From assembly GCA_902802285.1 (NCBI GenBank), contig CADCLI010000001.1:4010-68009 (forward strand): a stretch of DNA of 64,000 nt. Direction: 5' to 3'. The stretch's first letter is position 1; every line of letters begins with the position of its first letter. The position numbers and the translations under genes were made by a program. The notes below the pieces were generated by a model, which did no database searches, was not told the DNA's origin, and saw only the letters and a program-made list of their open reading frames with translations. This DNA is from an uncultured Bacteroidales bacterium (GTDB lineage Bacteria > Bacteroidota > Bacteroidia > Bacteroidales > Bacteroidaceae). Shown here in pieces: positions 1 through 9,064 of the stretch.

Positions 1-151
1 ATGCCGCCACATATGGCAGATACTTTTGAATCAGGTTCTTGTTCATGACTATATCAGTTATTCAGAATGCGAAAATACGATTTTTATCCCCATCTCAGCC
101 ATTCGGGCCGTTTTTTATGTAAGTTTGTGTCTGAATCACACATATAAGGAT

Positions 152-1276
152 ATGAAAATAGTGTTATTAGGAACCGCTTGGCCATACCGTGGAGGGCTGG
201 CAGTCTACAATGAACGTCTGGCACGGCAGTTCGCACGCGAGGGTGACGATGTGACAATCCATACTTTCACGCTCCAGTATCCCTCATTCCTGTTCCCGGG
301 CAAGACACAGTATTCTACCGAACCCGCACCCGAAGGCCTGAATATTGTACGCAGCCTTAACTCCGTCAATCCGTTAAACTGGATCAGGACCGGACGTGCC
401 ATCAGAAAGCTTGCACCCGATATCCTTGTCATCAAGTTCTGGTTACCGTTCATGGCACCGGCATTGGGTACGGTGGCACGCATTGCAAGACGTAACCGCA
501 AGACCAAGGTAGTTTCCATACTTGACAACATAATTCCGCATGAACACCGTCCCGGCGACCGCCTTTTCGGAAAATATTTCACCCGCTCTGTAGACGGTTT
601 TGTGGCTATGTCCGATTCGGTACTTGAGGATCTGAGCCAGTTTGACACAGTCAAGCCCAGGGTTTTCTGCCGTCATCCGCTATATGACAACTTCGGAGCC
701 AGGACCACACGCGATGAAGCGCTGAAGTATCTTGGTCTGGACCCGGAACAGCGGTATATGCTGTTCTTTGGACTTATACGTGACTACAAGGGACTGGACC
801 TGATGCTCAAGGCATACGCTGACAGCCGTTTCCGCAATATGAACGTAAAGCTGATAGTGGCAGGTGAGTTCTACAGCGGATCGGAGAAATACTTTGAGTT
901 GGAGAAAGAGCTGGGTCTGGAGGGTATGGTAATCTGGAAGAGCGACTTTGTTCCGGACAGTGAGGTACGTTATTATTTCGGTGCTGCCGATATAATAGTA
1001 CAACCCTACAAATCGGCCACACAGAGCGGCGTGACCCAGATAGCCTATCATTTTGAGAAACCCATGCTTGTTACAGACGTTGGCGGACTGGCCGAGATAG
1101 TACCGGACGGCAAAGTAGGATATGTGGTTAACCCTGATGAGCATCAGATTGCCGATGCTTTGGTTGACTTCTTTGAAAACAGACGGCAGGACCAGTTTTC
1201 CCAGGGTATCCTATCCGAGAAAAAACAATATGACTGGTCAAATATGACAAGGTCTGTGAGGAAAGCCGCCGAGTAG
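152..1276 (+). CDS. Glycosyltransferase, GT4-type (GT-B fold)
   Basis: Lies in ORF 26..1276. The 26 start is a TTG in an unlikely N-terminal extension. The first ATG at 152 gives MKIVLLGTAWPYRGGLAVYNERLA. The C-terminal half reads ...QPYKSATQSGVTQIAYHFEKPMLVTDVGGLAEIV..., typical of Glycos_transf_1 enzymes. Confidence 0.75.
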   Translation: MKIVLLGTAWPYRGGLAVYNERLARQFAREGDDVTIHTFTLQYPSFLFPGKTQYSTEPAPEGLNIVRSLNSVNPLNWIRTGRAIRKLAPDILVIKFWLPFMAPALGTVARIARRNRKTKVVSILDNIIPHEHRPGDRLFGKYFTRSVDGFVAMSDSVLEDLSQFDTVKPRVFCRHPLYDNFGARTTRDEALKYLGLDPEQRYMLFFGLIRDYKGLDLMLKAYADSRFRNMNVKLIVAGEFYSGSEKYFELEKELGLEGMVIWKSDFVPDSEVRYYFGAADIIVQPYKSATQSGVTQIAYHFEKPMLVTDVGGLAEIVPDGKVGYVVNPDEHQIADALVDFFENRRQDQFSQGILSEKKQYDWSNMTRSVRKAAE

Positions 1277-1285
1277 AGCAGGCTT

Positions 1286-1756
1286 TTATTCCCAAATCAG
1301 GAAACGCATTCCGCAATTATCGGCAAAACTGCGGTCCGAAGGCTGGTCGCCTATCATAAGCGACCTTTCCATCGAAATATCCGGATAATCCATCATGGCC
1401 TGTTCTGCCATGCCGGTATTTGGTTTGCGCATGGGGTCACTGTCATCGGTTGCGGTACAGAGATAGATGCGGTCTATCCTTCCGCCTGCCCGGGCGATTT
1501 CCTCTAGCATACGTGAGTGTATCTGATCAAGCTGCTCAAGCGTCATTACGCCCTTACCCACGCCACGTTGGTTCGTCACAATGAGAACATGCCTGAAACG
1601 GTTTGAATATCGGCCGATGAAATCAAGGAATCCCTCATTGAAACGGAACTCGTTCCAACTCTTTACGTAATCTCCTGGAAGCCACACGTTAACCACACCG
1701 TCCCTGTCCAGAAACAGCGTGTCACAATCTTTAAGTATGGTTTCGGGAATAATCAT
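1286..1756 (-). CDS. gmhB: D-glycero-D-manno-heptose 1,7-bisphosphate phosphatase (HAD family)
   Basis: 156 aa. Carries the HAD motif I LFLDRDGVVN, then VTNQRGVGKG and a C-terminal GDQPSD. It is operonic with gmhA and a sugar-1-P nucleotidyltransferase. Confidence 0.8.
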   Translation of the reverse strand: MIIPETILKDCDTLFLDRDGVVNVWLPGDYVKSWNEFRFNEGFLDFIGRYSNRFRHVLIVTNQRGVGKGVMTLEQLDQIHSRMLEEIARAGGRIDRIYLCTATDDSDPMRKPNTGMAEQAMMDYPDISMERSLMIGDQPSDRSFADNCGMRFLIWE

Positions 1757-2466
1757 AACTTTACATTGGCCGGCAGGAATGTCTGTGCAAGAGCATAATC
1801 ATCCGGTATACCTATATCTATGAAACTGCCGTCCGATACGAATCCGGATAGATGACCATGGGTTGATTCCGGCTCCAGGACCTCTTTTTCAAATGAGAAT
1901 CTTTCGGGTTTGTCGTCCAGCAGGCCACTGAGTCTGTCTATACAGTAGATTCCTCCGTTGATTAGACCCTTCTCGCAGTAACGTTTCTCATTGAAAGAGC
2001 TGATACGCCTGTTGTCATCGAGAGTGACCGACCCGTAGCGTTCAAAACGCTCCATGGGTTTAAGCGCCATAGCCAAAGGGGTTCCAGTCTGTTCACGGAA
2101 AGAACATAGGGCATTAAGGTCTACATCAAAGAAGGTGTCACCGTTCAGTACAACGCATTGAGGGGCCGTAACCTTGGATAAAGCCAGTCTTATTCCGCCT
2201 CCTGTACCCAAAGGAGTATCCTCAATAACCCATTCTATAGGGATTGGATAGTCTTTCATGACAGTCTCCACCCAGTCCGTCACCACTTCCGACAGATAAC
2301 CCAGAGAGAGGATTATCTTACCGGGACGGAACGGCTCAATCCAGGCAAGCATCCATTCCAGGAACGGACGGCCTCCCACGGGTGCCATACACTTGGGTAC
2401 ATCGCTCACCACGCTGCGTAAGCGCGTTCCCAAACCGCCTGCCAGTATTACTGCGTCAAACATCAC
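1753..2466 (-). CDS. hddC: Sugar-1-phosphate nucleotidyltransferase, probably D-glycero-alpha-D-manno-heptose-1-phosphate guanylyltransferase
   Basis: 237 aa with N-terminal AVILAGGLGTRLRS (the G-x-G-T-R-L signature). Its ends overlap gmhB and gmhA by 4 nt each. The substrate is inferred from the gene context (gmhA, gmhB, and a GHMP kinase at 38615). Confidence 0.65.
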   Translation of the reverse strand: MMFDAVILAGGLGTRLRSVVSDVPKCMAPVGGRPFLEWMLAWIEPFRPGKIILSLGYLSEVVTDWVETVMKDYPIPIEWVIEDTPLGTGGGIRLALSKVTAPQCVVLNGDTFFDVDLNALCSFREQTGTPLAMALKPMERFERYGSVTLDDNRRISSFNEKRYCEKGLINGGIYCIDRLSGLLDDKPERFSFEKEVLEPESTHGHLSGFVSDGSFIDIGIPDDYALAQTFLPANVKL

Positions 2467-3041
2467 TTCTGTCCAAAGAGATTCTCCTCAACAATTGCGC
2501 AGATTATATGTCCAATGAGTATATGAGACTCCTGAATGCGTGGAGTGCAGTCCGAAGGTACTTTTATGCACAAGTCTGCCAGATCATCCATCTTGCAGGG
2601 CCTGCAGCCTGTAAAACCTATTGAAGTGATGCCTTTGGCACGACAGGTCTTAAGCGCCTCAATAATATTTTCTGAGTTTCCGGATGTGGAAATACCGATG
2701 AAAACGTCTCCTTTTGTTCCCTGAGCCTCAATCTGACGTGAAAACAGATACTTGTATCCTATGTCATTGCCTATGGCTGTCATGACCGATGTATCTGTAC
2801 TCAAAGAATGGGCCGGAATGCCCGGACGGGCAAAATAGAACTGATTGACAAGCTCACCTGCCAGGTGCTGTGCATCGGCTGCCGAACCTCCATTGCCTGC
2901 CAGCAGGGCGCTGTGCCCGTTCCGGTAGGCTTGGGTCATAATCTGTGCCGCCTGCTCTATCTTGGCCAGGATCTCATCATTGTCCAGTATAGCCTGTTTG
3001 GTTGCTATTGACTGGGCTATCTCCTCTCTTACGTTTTTCAT
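2463..3041 (-). CDS. gmhA: Phosphoheptose isomerase (SIS domain)
   Basis: 192 aa. The motifs LLAGNGGSAADAQHLAGEL and GISTSGNSENI are typical of GmhA. Confidence 0.85.
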   Translation of the reverse strand: MKNVREEIAQSIATKQAILDNDEILAKIEQAAQIMTQAYRNGHSALLAGNGGSAADAQHLAGELVNQFYFARPGIPAHSLSTDTSVMTAIGNDIGYKYLFSRQIEAQGTKGDVFIGISTSGNSENIIEALKTCRAKGITSIGFTGCRPCKMDDLADLCIKVPSDCTPRIQESHILIGHIICAIVEENLFGQK

Positions 3042-3075
3042 ATCAGTCTGAAACCTTGTTGTCTCTGCAAAAATA

Positions 3076-4431
3076 TCATTTATTTACCGCCCCGTCAAGT
3101 TCTTCGGTATAGAACCGTATAAGGCGTTCCAGCGAGCGTCGGCATACGGGACAGAACTCCGGGTATGTGTTGGTGTGCATCCGGCAGTCAAAAGATCCGC
3201 GCCACACGCCTTTGGACATATATCCGCCACCTTCGTACAGACCTACAGGCGGTAGTTTAGCTACAGCCTTACGCTGGTTTTCATCCATCCTGTCCCGAGG
3301 GTCATTAACCGGAACAGGAGTAGGTTGCTCAACCTTGGCCGGAATCATATCCTTCCATTTGGAGTCAAAATCCACCCTGGTGGTGAGATTGGGCTCCCAT
3401 GGTTCGGTCTCAGAATTGTAATACTGCTCATACTGGTCGTCGTAGTAATACTCATCGGCCAGACCTCCGAAACTGTGTCCGAATTCATGCACCACCACCG
3501 GAGCGAACTGTGCATGATGCGCTGTGGTCAAAGTGTAGGAGTTGAATATTCCGCCTCCGCCGTACACATCGGTATTGGCCAGGATTATTATGTGTTCATA
3601 AGGGACTCCCGCAAGCTTGTCATGAAGCTGTCTCAGCCTGAGTGTGGTCAGGTACCGGTCCGAATAGAAGGTACTGAAATGTGAGCTCAACGCAGTCTCG
3701 GTCCAAAGGCCCTGCAACGGGACACTGACCGCACCGTCTTTTGAGGCCAGTTCTACCGCCAGGATGTTGAACCTTTCCTGCAGGGTTTTGAAAGGCTCAT
3801 GTGACAGCAGACTGTTCACCGCAACACCTGCATCCTGGTAAAAAAGGTCCATTTCATCGGCGGTATAGCCTTCCGGGACTATCACCACATCTATACACTG
3901 CTCCGGACTGCCACCCTGGTGAAGGTATCTCCACTTGGGAGGATTCTGACCGATGCGGCGTATGAGTATGTCTTTCGGGTCAACAGTATGTCTCAGAGAT
4001 GCCACCACCTTATTGTAGTTGTCAGTAAGTTTAACCTCCACTACCGCTTTCCGCTGTGGCATGGGCAGCAGGAACACATTCTCAAAACTGCGGTCCACCT
4101 GCGTGGCCTCCTCGGTATTCTGCCACTCCTGGAAGAGTGTGGAGAAAGCGTTCCGGTAAAGGGTATCACCTGTCTGGGCATCGGTCATCATTATCTGACC
4201 GTTTCCGTCCAGATAGAGCTCTTTCATATTCACACGCCGACCGGCCCAACCGTCAGTCACGTTCAGGTCATCCAGATAGATGCGGCTCTCCCTGCTGTTG
4301 CCGGAGAAAGTATAATTCACCCTCAGCGTCCGTTCCTGTGCACTTGCACCCAAGGCCAAAGCCAAAGCCAAAGCCAACGTTATCTTACTCCTCAGTCGAA
4401 ACCAGCTCATAGTCCATCTGTTTTTTCTCAA
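3076..4431 (-). CDS. Secreted zinc metallopeptidase, IgA-peptidase M64 family
   Basis: 451 aa. Has a signal peptide (LALALALALGASAQE) and the motif VVHEFGHSFGGLADEY (HExxH plus downstream E). The start may instead be the internal MSWF (4410). Either start overlaps the 3' end of rnr. Confidence 0.8.
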   Translation of the reverse strand: MRKNRWTMSWFRLRSKITLALALALALGASAQERTLRVNYTFSGNSRESRIYLDDLNVTDGWAGRRVNMKELYLDGNGQIMMTDAQTGDTLYRNAFSTLFQEWQNTEEATQVDRSFENVFLLPMPQRKAVVEVKLTDNYNKVVASLRHTVDPKDILIRRIGQNPPKWRYLHQGGSPEQCIDVVIVPEGYTADEMDLFYQDAGVAVNSLLSHEPFKTLQERFNILAVELASKDGAVSVPLQGLWTETALSSHFSTFYSDRYLTTLRLRQLHDKLAGVPYEHIIILANTDVYGGGGIFNSYTLTTAHHAQFAPVVVHEFGHSFGGLADEYYYDDQYEQYYNSETEPWEPNLTTRVDFDSKWKDMIPAKVEQPTPVPVNDPRDRMDENQRKAVAKLPPVGLYEGGGYMSKGVWRGSFDCRMHTNTYPEFCPVCRRSLERLIRFYTEELDGAVNK

Positions 4432-6553
4432 GGTTGCAGCGCACCACCTTTATCTTGACATGGTCACCCAGACGATAACGCTTGCGGGTACGCTGTCCGG
4501 TGATGCAGTAGTTCTTCTCATCAAATTCAAAGTAGTCACCACCCAGGGAGCGTATGCCTATCATGCCTTCGCACTTGTTTTCTATGATTTCAGCGTATAT
4601 TCCCCACTCGGTGACACCGCTGATTACGGCATCAAACACCTGACCCATGCGGTCAGCCATGTATTCCACCTGCTTGTACTTGATGCTGGCGCGCTCGGCC
4701 TGCTCGGCCAGTTGCTCCCGGCCTGAGCAATGCTCGCAATACTCTTCATACTTGGGCTGGCTTACACTGCGTCCGCCACCCATGTAACGGGTGAGCAGTC
4801 GGTGTACCATCAGGTCGGGATAGCGGCGTATGGGCGATGTAAAGTGTGTGTAGAACTTGAATGCCAGTCCGTAGTGTCCGATGTTTTCGGTAGTATAGCA
4901 GGCCTTCTGCATGGAGCGGATGGAGATGGTCTCTATGAGTTCCTGCTCTTTCTTGCCCTTGACCTCCGATAACATCTTGTTCATGGACTTGGCCATCTCG
5001 GCGGGATCACCGTTGGTCTTGAGTTTGTAACCGAACTTGGCCACAAAGTTCTGCAGGTTCTCCATACGCTCCGGATCGGGCTCATCGTGTACACGGTAGA
5101 CGAATGTCTTGGGATTGCCGCCCTTGACATTCCCGATGAATTCGGCCACAGTGCGGTTGGCCAGCAGCATGAACTCCTCGACCAGCTGGTTGGCATCCTT
5201 GGACTCCTTGAAGAATACGCTTACAGGATGTCCTTTCTCATCTATCTCAAACCTGACCTCTACACGGTCAAAACTCAGGGCTCCGTCCTGGAAACGCTTG
5301 GCGCGCAGTATCTTGGCCAGGCTGTCCAGGGTCATTATCTCGGTCTTGAACTCATCGCCCGGCAGTTTCTCCTTTCCTCCCTGCTGCTCACGCTCAATGA
5401 TTGCCTGCACCTCCTCATAGGCAAAACGGCGGTTGCTGCGTATCACTGTACGTGCTATGCGGGAGCGTTTTACCACGCCGGCATCGGTCATTTCAAGAAT
5501 GACGGAGTATGTGAGTTTATCCTCATCCTGACGCAGGGAGCACAGGTTATTGCAGAGTTTCTCCGGCAGCATCGGTATGGTACGGTCCACCAGGTATACG
5601 GATGTAGCCCGTTTGAAAGCCTCTTTGTCGATGATACTACCCTCCTGGACATAATAACTTACGTCGGCGATATGCACGCCTACCTCCCACAAGCCTTTCT
5701 TTATGGGACGTATTGAAAGTGCGTCGTCAAAGTCCTTGGCGTCATGGGGGTCAATAGTGAAAGTGGTAACGTCGCGGAAATCCTCGCGGCCGGCCAGGGC
5801 GGCATCGGTAATCTCCGATGAAATCTGTTCGGCAGCCTGCTCCACGTTTTCAGGATATGTATATGGCAGTCCGTATTCAGCCAGGATTGCATGCATCTCG
5901 GTGTTGTTTTCACCTGCCACACCCAGAATGTCTATTACCTTGCCTACTGGATTGCGGTCAGGCGTATCGGGCCATTCCACGACCTTTACCACGGCTTTCT
6001 CGCCGTCCCGTCCTTTCTTTAGGCTGGCCATAGGGATATAGATATCCTTGTCTGATTTATCGGGAGTAACCAGATAGGCAAACTTGCCCTTGACCTGAAG
6101 GGTACCTACAAATGTGTCTTTAGCGCGTTTCAGTATCTCCGTTACCTCGCCTTCGGGCCCGGCATGCGGACGGCGTGCAAACAGGACTACCTTTACGCGG
6201 TCACCGTTTACCGCGCCAGCCGAATTCCGTTCCGCCACGAATACGGGATCGCTTCCGTCATCGGGAACAAGGAAGTTCTTTCCGCCGACACGGCGCTGCA
6301 GGACACCCTCAACGAACTTGCTCTTCTGCATAAGGCTGAACTGACCGTCTTTCTCCTTGAGGAAACCGTCTTCGGCCAACTCCAGAACGATGTCCAGGCA
6401 CATGCTGCGCATGGGATGAGTCTTGAGTTTCAACTCATCATACAGTCTTTTTACACTTATACTGCTCTCCTGATTGTCACGGAACCAGTCCGTAACAAGG
6501 TCCGTCATTGTCCTGCGGTTAAGACGGACACCTCCTTTATATGATCTTCCCAT
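4385..6553 (-). CDS. rnr: Ribonuclease R (RNB family 3'-5' exoribonuclease with C-terminal S1 domain)
   Basis: 722 aa. Has the RNB motifs FTIDPHDAKDFDDALS and HFTSPIRRYPDL, and an S1-like C-terminus (VFDAVISGVTEWGIYAEI). Confidence 0.9.
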   Translation of the reverse strand: MGRSYKGGVRLNRRTMTDLVTDWFRDNQESSISVKRLYDELKLKTHPMRSMCLDIVLELAEDGFLKEKDGQFSLMQKSKFVEGVLQRRVGGKNFLVPDDGSDPVFVAERNSAGAVNGDRVKVVLFARRPHAGPEGEVTEILKRAKDTFVGTLQVKGKFAYLVTPDKSDKDIYIPMASLKKGRDGEKAVVKVVEWPDTPDRNPVGKVIDILGVAGENNTEMHAILAEYGLPYTYPENVEQAAEQISSEITDAALAGREDFRDVTTFTIDPHDAKDFDDALSIRPIKKGLWEVGVHIADVSYYVQEGSIIDKEAFKRATSVYLVDRTIPMLPEKLCNNLCSLRQDEDKLTYSVILEMTDAGVVKRSRIARTVIRSNRRFAYEEVQAIIEREQQGGKEKLPGDEFKTEIMTLDSLAKILRAKRFQDGALSFDRVEVRFEIDEKGHPVSVFFKESKDANQLVEEFMLLANRTVAEFIGNVKGGNPKTFVYRVHDEPDPERMENLQNFVAKFGYKLKTNGDPAEMAKSMNKMLSEVKGKKEQELIETISIRSMQKACYTTENIGHYGLAFKFYTHFTSPIRRYPDLMVHRLLTRYMGGGRSVSQPKYEEYCEHCSGREQLAEQAERASIKYKQVEYMADRMGQVFDAVISGVTEWGIYAEIIENKCEGMIGIRSLGGDYFEFDEKNYCITGQRTRKRYRLGDHVKIKVVRCNLEKKQMDYELVSTEE

Positions 6554-6594
6554 TTTGAGATAGTTTTGTTCTGTTTACGAAGATACAAATTAAA

Positions 6595-6625
6595 AATCGG
6601 AAGCAATGCGCTGCCTCCGATTTTT
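6595..6625 (-). terminator. Intrinsic terminator downstream of the GntR/ABC operon
   Basis: On the minus strand, atcggaggc..gcttccgat forms a 9-bp stem. Its one non-Watson-Crick pair is G-U only in the minus-strand RNA. The stem is followed by uuuuaauuu. Confidence 0.5.
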
Positions 6626-6627
6626 AT

Positions 6628-6966
6628 TCAAAGCCCCAGGTCCGATGCCTTGAGCTGAAGTAGTTCCATCTTACGTTTGATTATCGGAACCTCATTGTCT
6701 ATAAAGTCAACCCGCATCTTCTCCAACGCTATGGCTTTTGCACCCTCGGACACAAAGTATCCGATGCCGCGCTGGTTGTATATGATGCCGTCCATTGTAA
6801 GTTTCTCGTAACTGCGCATGGCTGTGTTGGGGTTTACGCCCAACTCACCGCCCAGTTCGCGCACTGACAGTATCCTGTCACCCTCCTTCAGCTCGCCGCT
6901 CAGTATCTTTTCACTGATTCCATCGGCAATCTGGAGATATATCGGCTTGTTCTGACTGAATTCCAT
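6628..6966 (-). CDS. GntR-family transcriptional regulator, YtrA-like (short, winged HTH only)
   Basis: 112 aa. The motif LSVRELGGELGVNPNTAMRSYEKL is present. It is the last gene of an ABC ATPase / membrane protein / regulator operon, as in ytrA-type modules. Confidence 0.85.
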   Translation of the reverse strand: MEFSQNKPIYLQIADGISEKILSGELKEGDRILSVRELGGELGVNPNTAMRSYEKLTMDGIIYNQRGIGYFVSEGAKAIALEKMRVDFIDNEVPIIKRKMELLQLKASDLGL

Positions 6967-6978
6967 AATAAGTCCTTT

Positions 6979-7857
6979 TTAATGTTCCATCTTCTTAACC
7001 CTCAACCATATCAGTATAAAGAGTATTACGTTTACAATTGTATCACTAAGGGTATCTGTCAATACTGCATGTTTAACCATCCAGGTTATGAGGGGGAATG
7101 AATCCATCAGTTCCTCGGGGCTCATGCCACTGTTTGCCGCCTCCTGGAACCTTTCCAGTACTCCGCGTGTGAGAATCGGAGTCAGTAACATGCTGAGCAC
7201 AATGCTGAACAATATCATGAATCCTATTGTCTTGGCCGGCTTGGATGATTTGAACCACAGGGCACCAAGCAGGAAGATAAGTAGAATACCAGCCATATCA
7301 TCATAATACAACCAGGGATTGGAGAAGGCCTTTATATCCTCAAAATCGGGCATGACACTACCTATTTCAGAATACATTTTCCCCATTACATTGGATAGAT
7401 AGTACTGACCGTCATTGACTGCCATTATTATGGATTCGCCGCACGAACGGTCCAGCAGACATACTATCTGGTCCACCGACAGGTATATGGCAAGGAAGGC
7501 CAACGGGACTGCTATGCAGCATACTATCACCATTGAAACCGTCCTTTCCATCGTTGAAACCGGCATGGTCAGGAACGATGAACCCTCCTTCTTGTCGGTA
7601 AAGAAACCGTATATCTTTGAAGGGGAAGAGATGAGTATAACTACACCGGAGATAACAAACAGCGTAATCCTGCCGACTAAGTTCATACTGTACCATCCCT
7701 GACCCAGGAACGTTGAGAAGAATCCGGCCAACAGGTAACCTGCAAAACTGATAGATGCCATGACCAGCAGTGAAATGCCGTATCTGGCAATGGCATTCCT
7801 GATATCTGTCACAAGATAACGACCAAAACGGTTTATATTAAAGAAATCACTATTCAT
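6979..7857 (-). CDS. Polytopic membrane protein, probable permease partner of the adjacent ABC ATPase
   Basis: 292 aa with several long hydrophobic segments. It sits tightly between the ATPase and the GntR gene. No family motif was recognised. Confidence 0.55.
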   Translation of the reverse strand: MNSDFFNINRFGRYLVTDIRNAIARYGISLLVMASISFAGYLLAGFFSTFLGQGWYSMNLVGRITLFVISGVVILISSPSKIYGFFTDKKEGSSFLTMPVSTMERTVSMVIVCCIAVPLAFLAIYLSVDQIVCLLDRSCGESIIMAVNDGQYYLSNVMGKMYSEIGSVMPDFEDIKAFSNPWLYYDDMAGILLIFLLGALWFKSSKPAKTIGFMILFSIVLSMLLTPILTRGVLERFQEAANSGMSPEELMDSFPLITWMVKHAVLTDTLSDTIVNVILFILIWLRVKKMEH

Positions 7858-7869
7858 GCCGTAATCATT

Positions 7870-8697
7870 TTATTTGTTGAACATTTCCTTTATCATACCC
7901 TTGTGGAGCAGAACTGCGTTGAACAGTGCTTCAATGTTGACCTTGCTCTCAACGCCTTCCTTGTTTACAAGTACCTGGATGCTGCCGCCTGGAATCATCT
8001 CCGAATAGAGAGCAGAGGGATCAGCTTCGGACGTGTAGTCAAAATAGAGCTTACGGGCGATTTCATCGAGTGATGCGTTCAGAAGTACATCCCTGCGGTC
8101 CAGAATGATGATAGGATCGATGATTGCCTCCAGGTCACGTGCCTGATGGGTTGAGATGAGCAGGGTTGACTCATCGGATGTGTACTTTGAAACGGCCTTG
8201 CGGAACTGACCCTTGGAAGGTATGTCAAGTCCGTTGGTCGGCTCATCCATAAAGAGATACTTTGTGTTGCAAGCCAGTGCAAAACTGATGAAAGCCTTCT
8301 TGAGCTGACCGTATGACATATGGTCCATGCGCTGATTCTCATCTGTATCAAACACTTTCATTATCTCCGAAAACTTATCAATACTGAATTTGCTCCAGTA
8401 CTGGCCATGGTCACTTGCATAATCGATTGCCTTACGGCGCGGGGCCGGAACCTCATCGGGCAGATAATAGATATTGGAGAGGAATGACGGTGTGCGGTCA
8501 AACGGCTTCGGACCATCCACTTCAATAGATCCTTCCCTAACATCCTTAAGGCCGGCAAGCAAGGTCAGAAGTGTGGTCTTGCCCACTCCGTTCTCTCCCA
8601 GGAGTCCGTAAATGCGGCCCTCCTCAAGATTCATCGAAATGTCTTTCAGTACGACGTTGTCGCCGTAGCTGAATCCTAATTTCTTGATTGTAATCAT
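7870..8697 (-). CDS. ABC transporter ATP-binding protein
   Basis: Walker A GENGVGKTT, signature-like MSYGQLKK, and Walker B LFMDEPTNGLD. Confidence 0.85.
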   Translation of the reverse strand: MITIKKLGFSYGDNVVLKDISMNLEEGRIYGLLGENGVGKTTLLTLLAGLKDVREGSIEVDGPKPFDRTPSFLSNIYYLPDEVPAPRRKAIDYASDHGQYWSKFSIDKFSEIMKVFDTDENQRMDHMSYGQLKKAFISFALACNTKYLFMDEPTNGLDIPSKGQFRKAVSKYTSDESTLLISTHQARDLEAIIDPIIILDRRDVLLNASLDEIARKLYFDYTSEADPSALYSEMIPGGSIQVLVNKEGVESKVNIEALFNAVLLHKGMIKEMFNK

Positions 8698-8845
8698 TGT
8701 TGTATCGTTTGTTGTTGTTTGTTTATCGGTGTATTACTTTACTAAGACACTGCAAATATAAGGCGCAATTATTTACCGACAGCAGGATTAACATATTTTA
8801 ACTCTGTTCTGCGTATGTTTTACGCACGTGCGTACCTAATTAATT

Positions 8846-8985
8846 GCCATACCTATCACCACAGGCGTTGTAGCCCCGATTCCCTGCAAGTATGGCTCCA
8901 AAAATGGCCAAAACCCGGGTTTTCGCTGCCATACTTGCAGAAAACCGCCCTTTAAAGGCCATTTTACGCAGGTATGGCCATTTTT
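8846..8985. repeat. 140-bp nested-hairpin repeat, left copy (REPIN/MITE-like)
   Basis: Its reverse complement matches 12418..12557 with only a handful of mismatches by hand alignment. Internally, outer arms gccatacct/aggtatggc (8846-8854 / 8970-8978) enclose inner arms ctgcaagtatggc/gccatacttgcag (8884-8896 / 8928-8940). A central palindrome aaaacccgggtttt lies at 8910-8923. Confidence 0.85.
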
Positions 8986-9029
8986 AAAATACGCTGTACC
9001 TGCGTAACTGATTTGTCAGCAATTATCCA

Positions 9030-9037
9030 TATATTTG
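9030..9037 (+). promoter_or_regulatory. Candidate Bacteroidetes -7 promoter box (TAnnTTTG)
   Basis: tatatttg lies 28 nt upstream of the ATG at 9065. It overlaps the longer ORF start at 9035, which argues for the 9065 start. Confidence 0.35.
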
Positions 9038-9064
9038 CCAGACAAGAAACCTGATTACCATACT

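Noticed and set aside
26-151. N-terminal extensions proposed by the ORF track (26..151, 14007..14225, 15613..15639, 39635..39643, 9035..9064).
   Set aside because: Several of these extensions (26, 15613, 39635) begin with TTG, not ATG. All of them overlap upstream genes or promoter-like sequence, or add non-conserved residues ahead of canonical family N-termini. The downstream ATGs were used instead.
205-1144. Antisense ORFs inside the GT4 gene (205..654, 443..676, 680..1144, 807..1022).
   Set aside because: They are fully embedded opposite a gene with clear family motifs, and their translations show no recognisable motifs. The same reasoning rejects the many other antisense or overlapping ORFs in the track. 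Examples are 5087..5716, 20036..20674, 39176..39634, 40444..40974, 41980..42645, 52816..53472 and 57060..57716.
4354-4377. Hexanucleotide tandem (gccaaa x3-4, minus-strand LALALALA) in the M64 peptidase signal peptide.
   Set aside because: The tract is in-frame and encodes the hydrophobic core of the signal peptide. Slippage would only change the h-region length, so it is an ordinary low-complexity feature.
4385-4431. A 47-nt overlap between the 3' end of rnr and the 5' end of the M64 peptidase gene, as possible recoding or coupling.
   Set aside because: The overlap most likely reflects uncertainty in the start codon. The internal ATG at 4410 still overlaps rnr by 26 nt, but signal-peptide genes often have ambiguous starts. 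No slippery sequence was seen.
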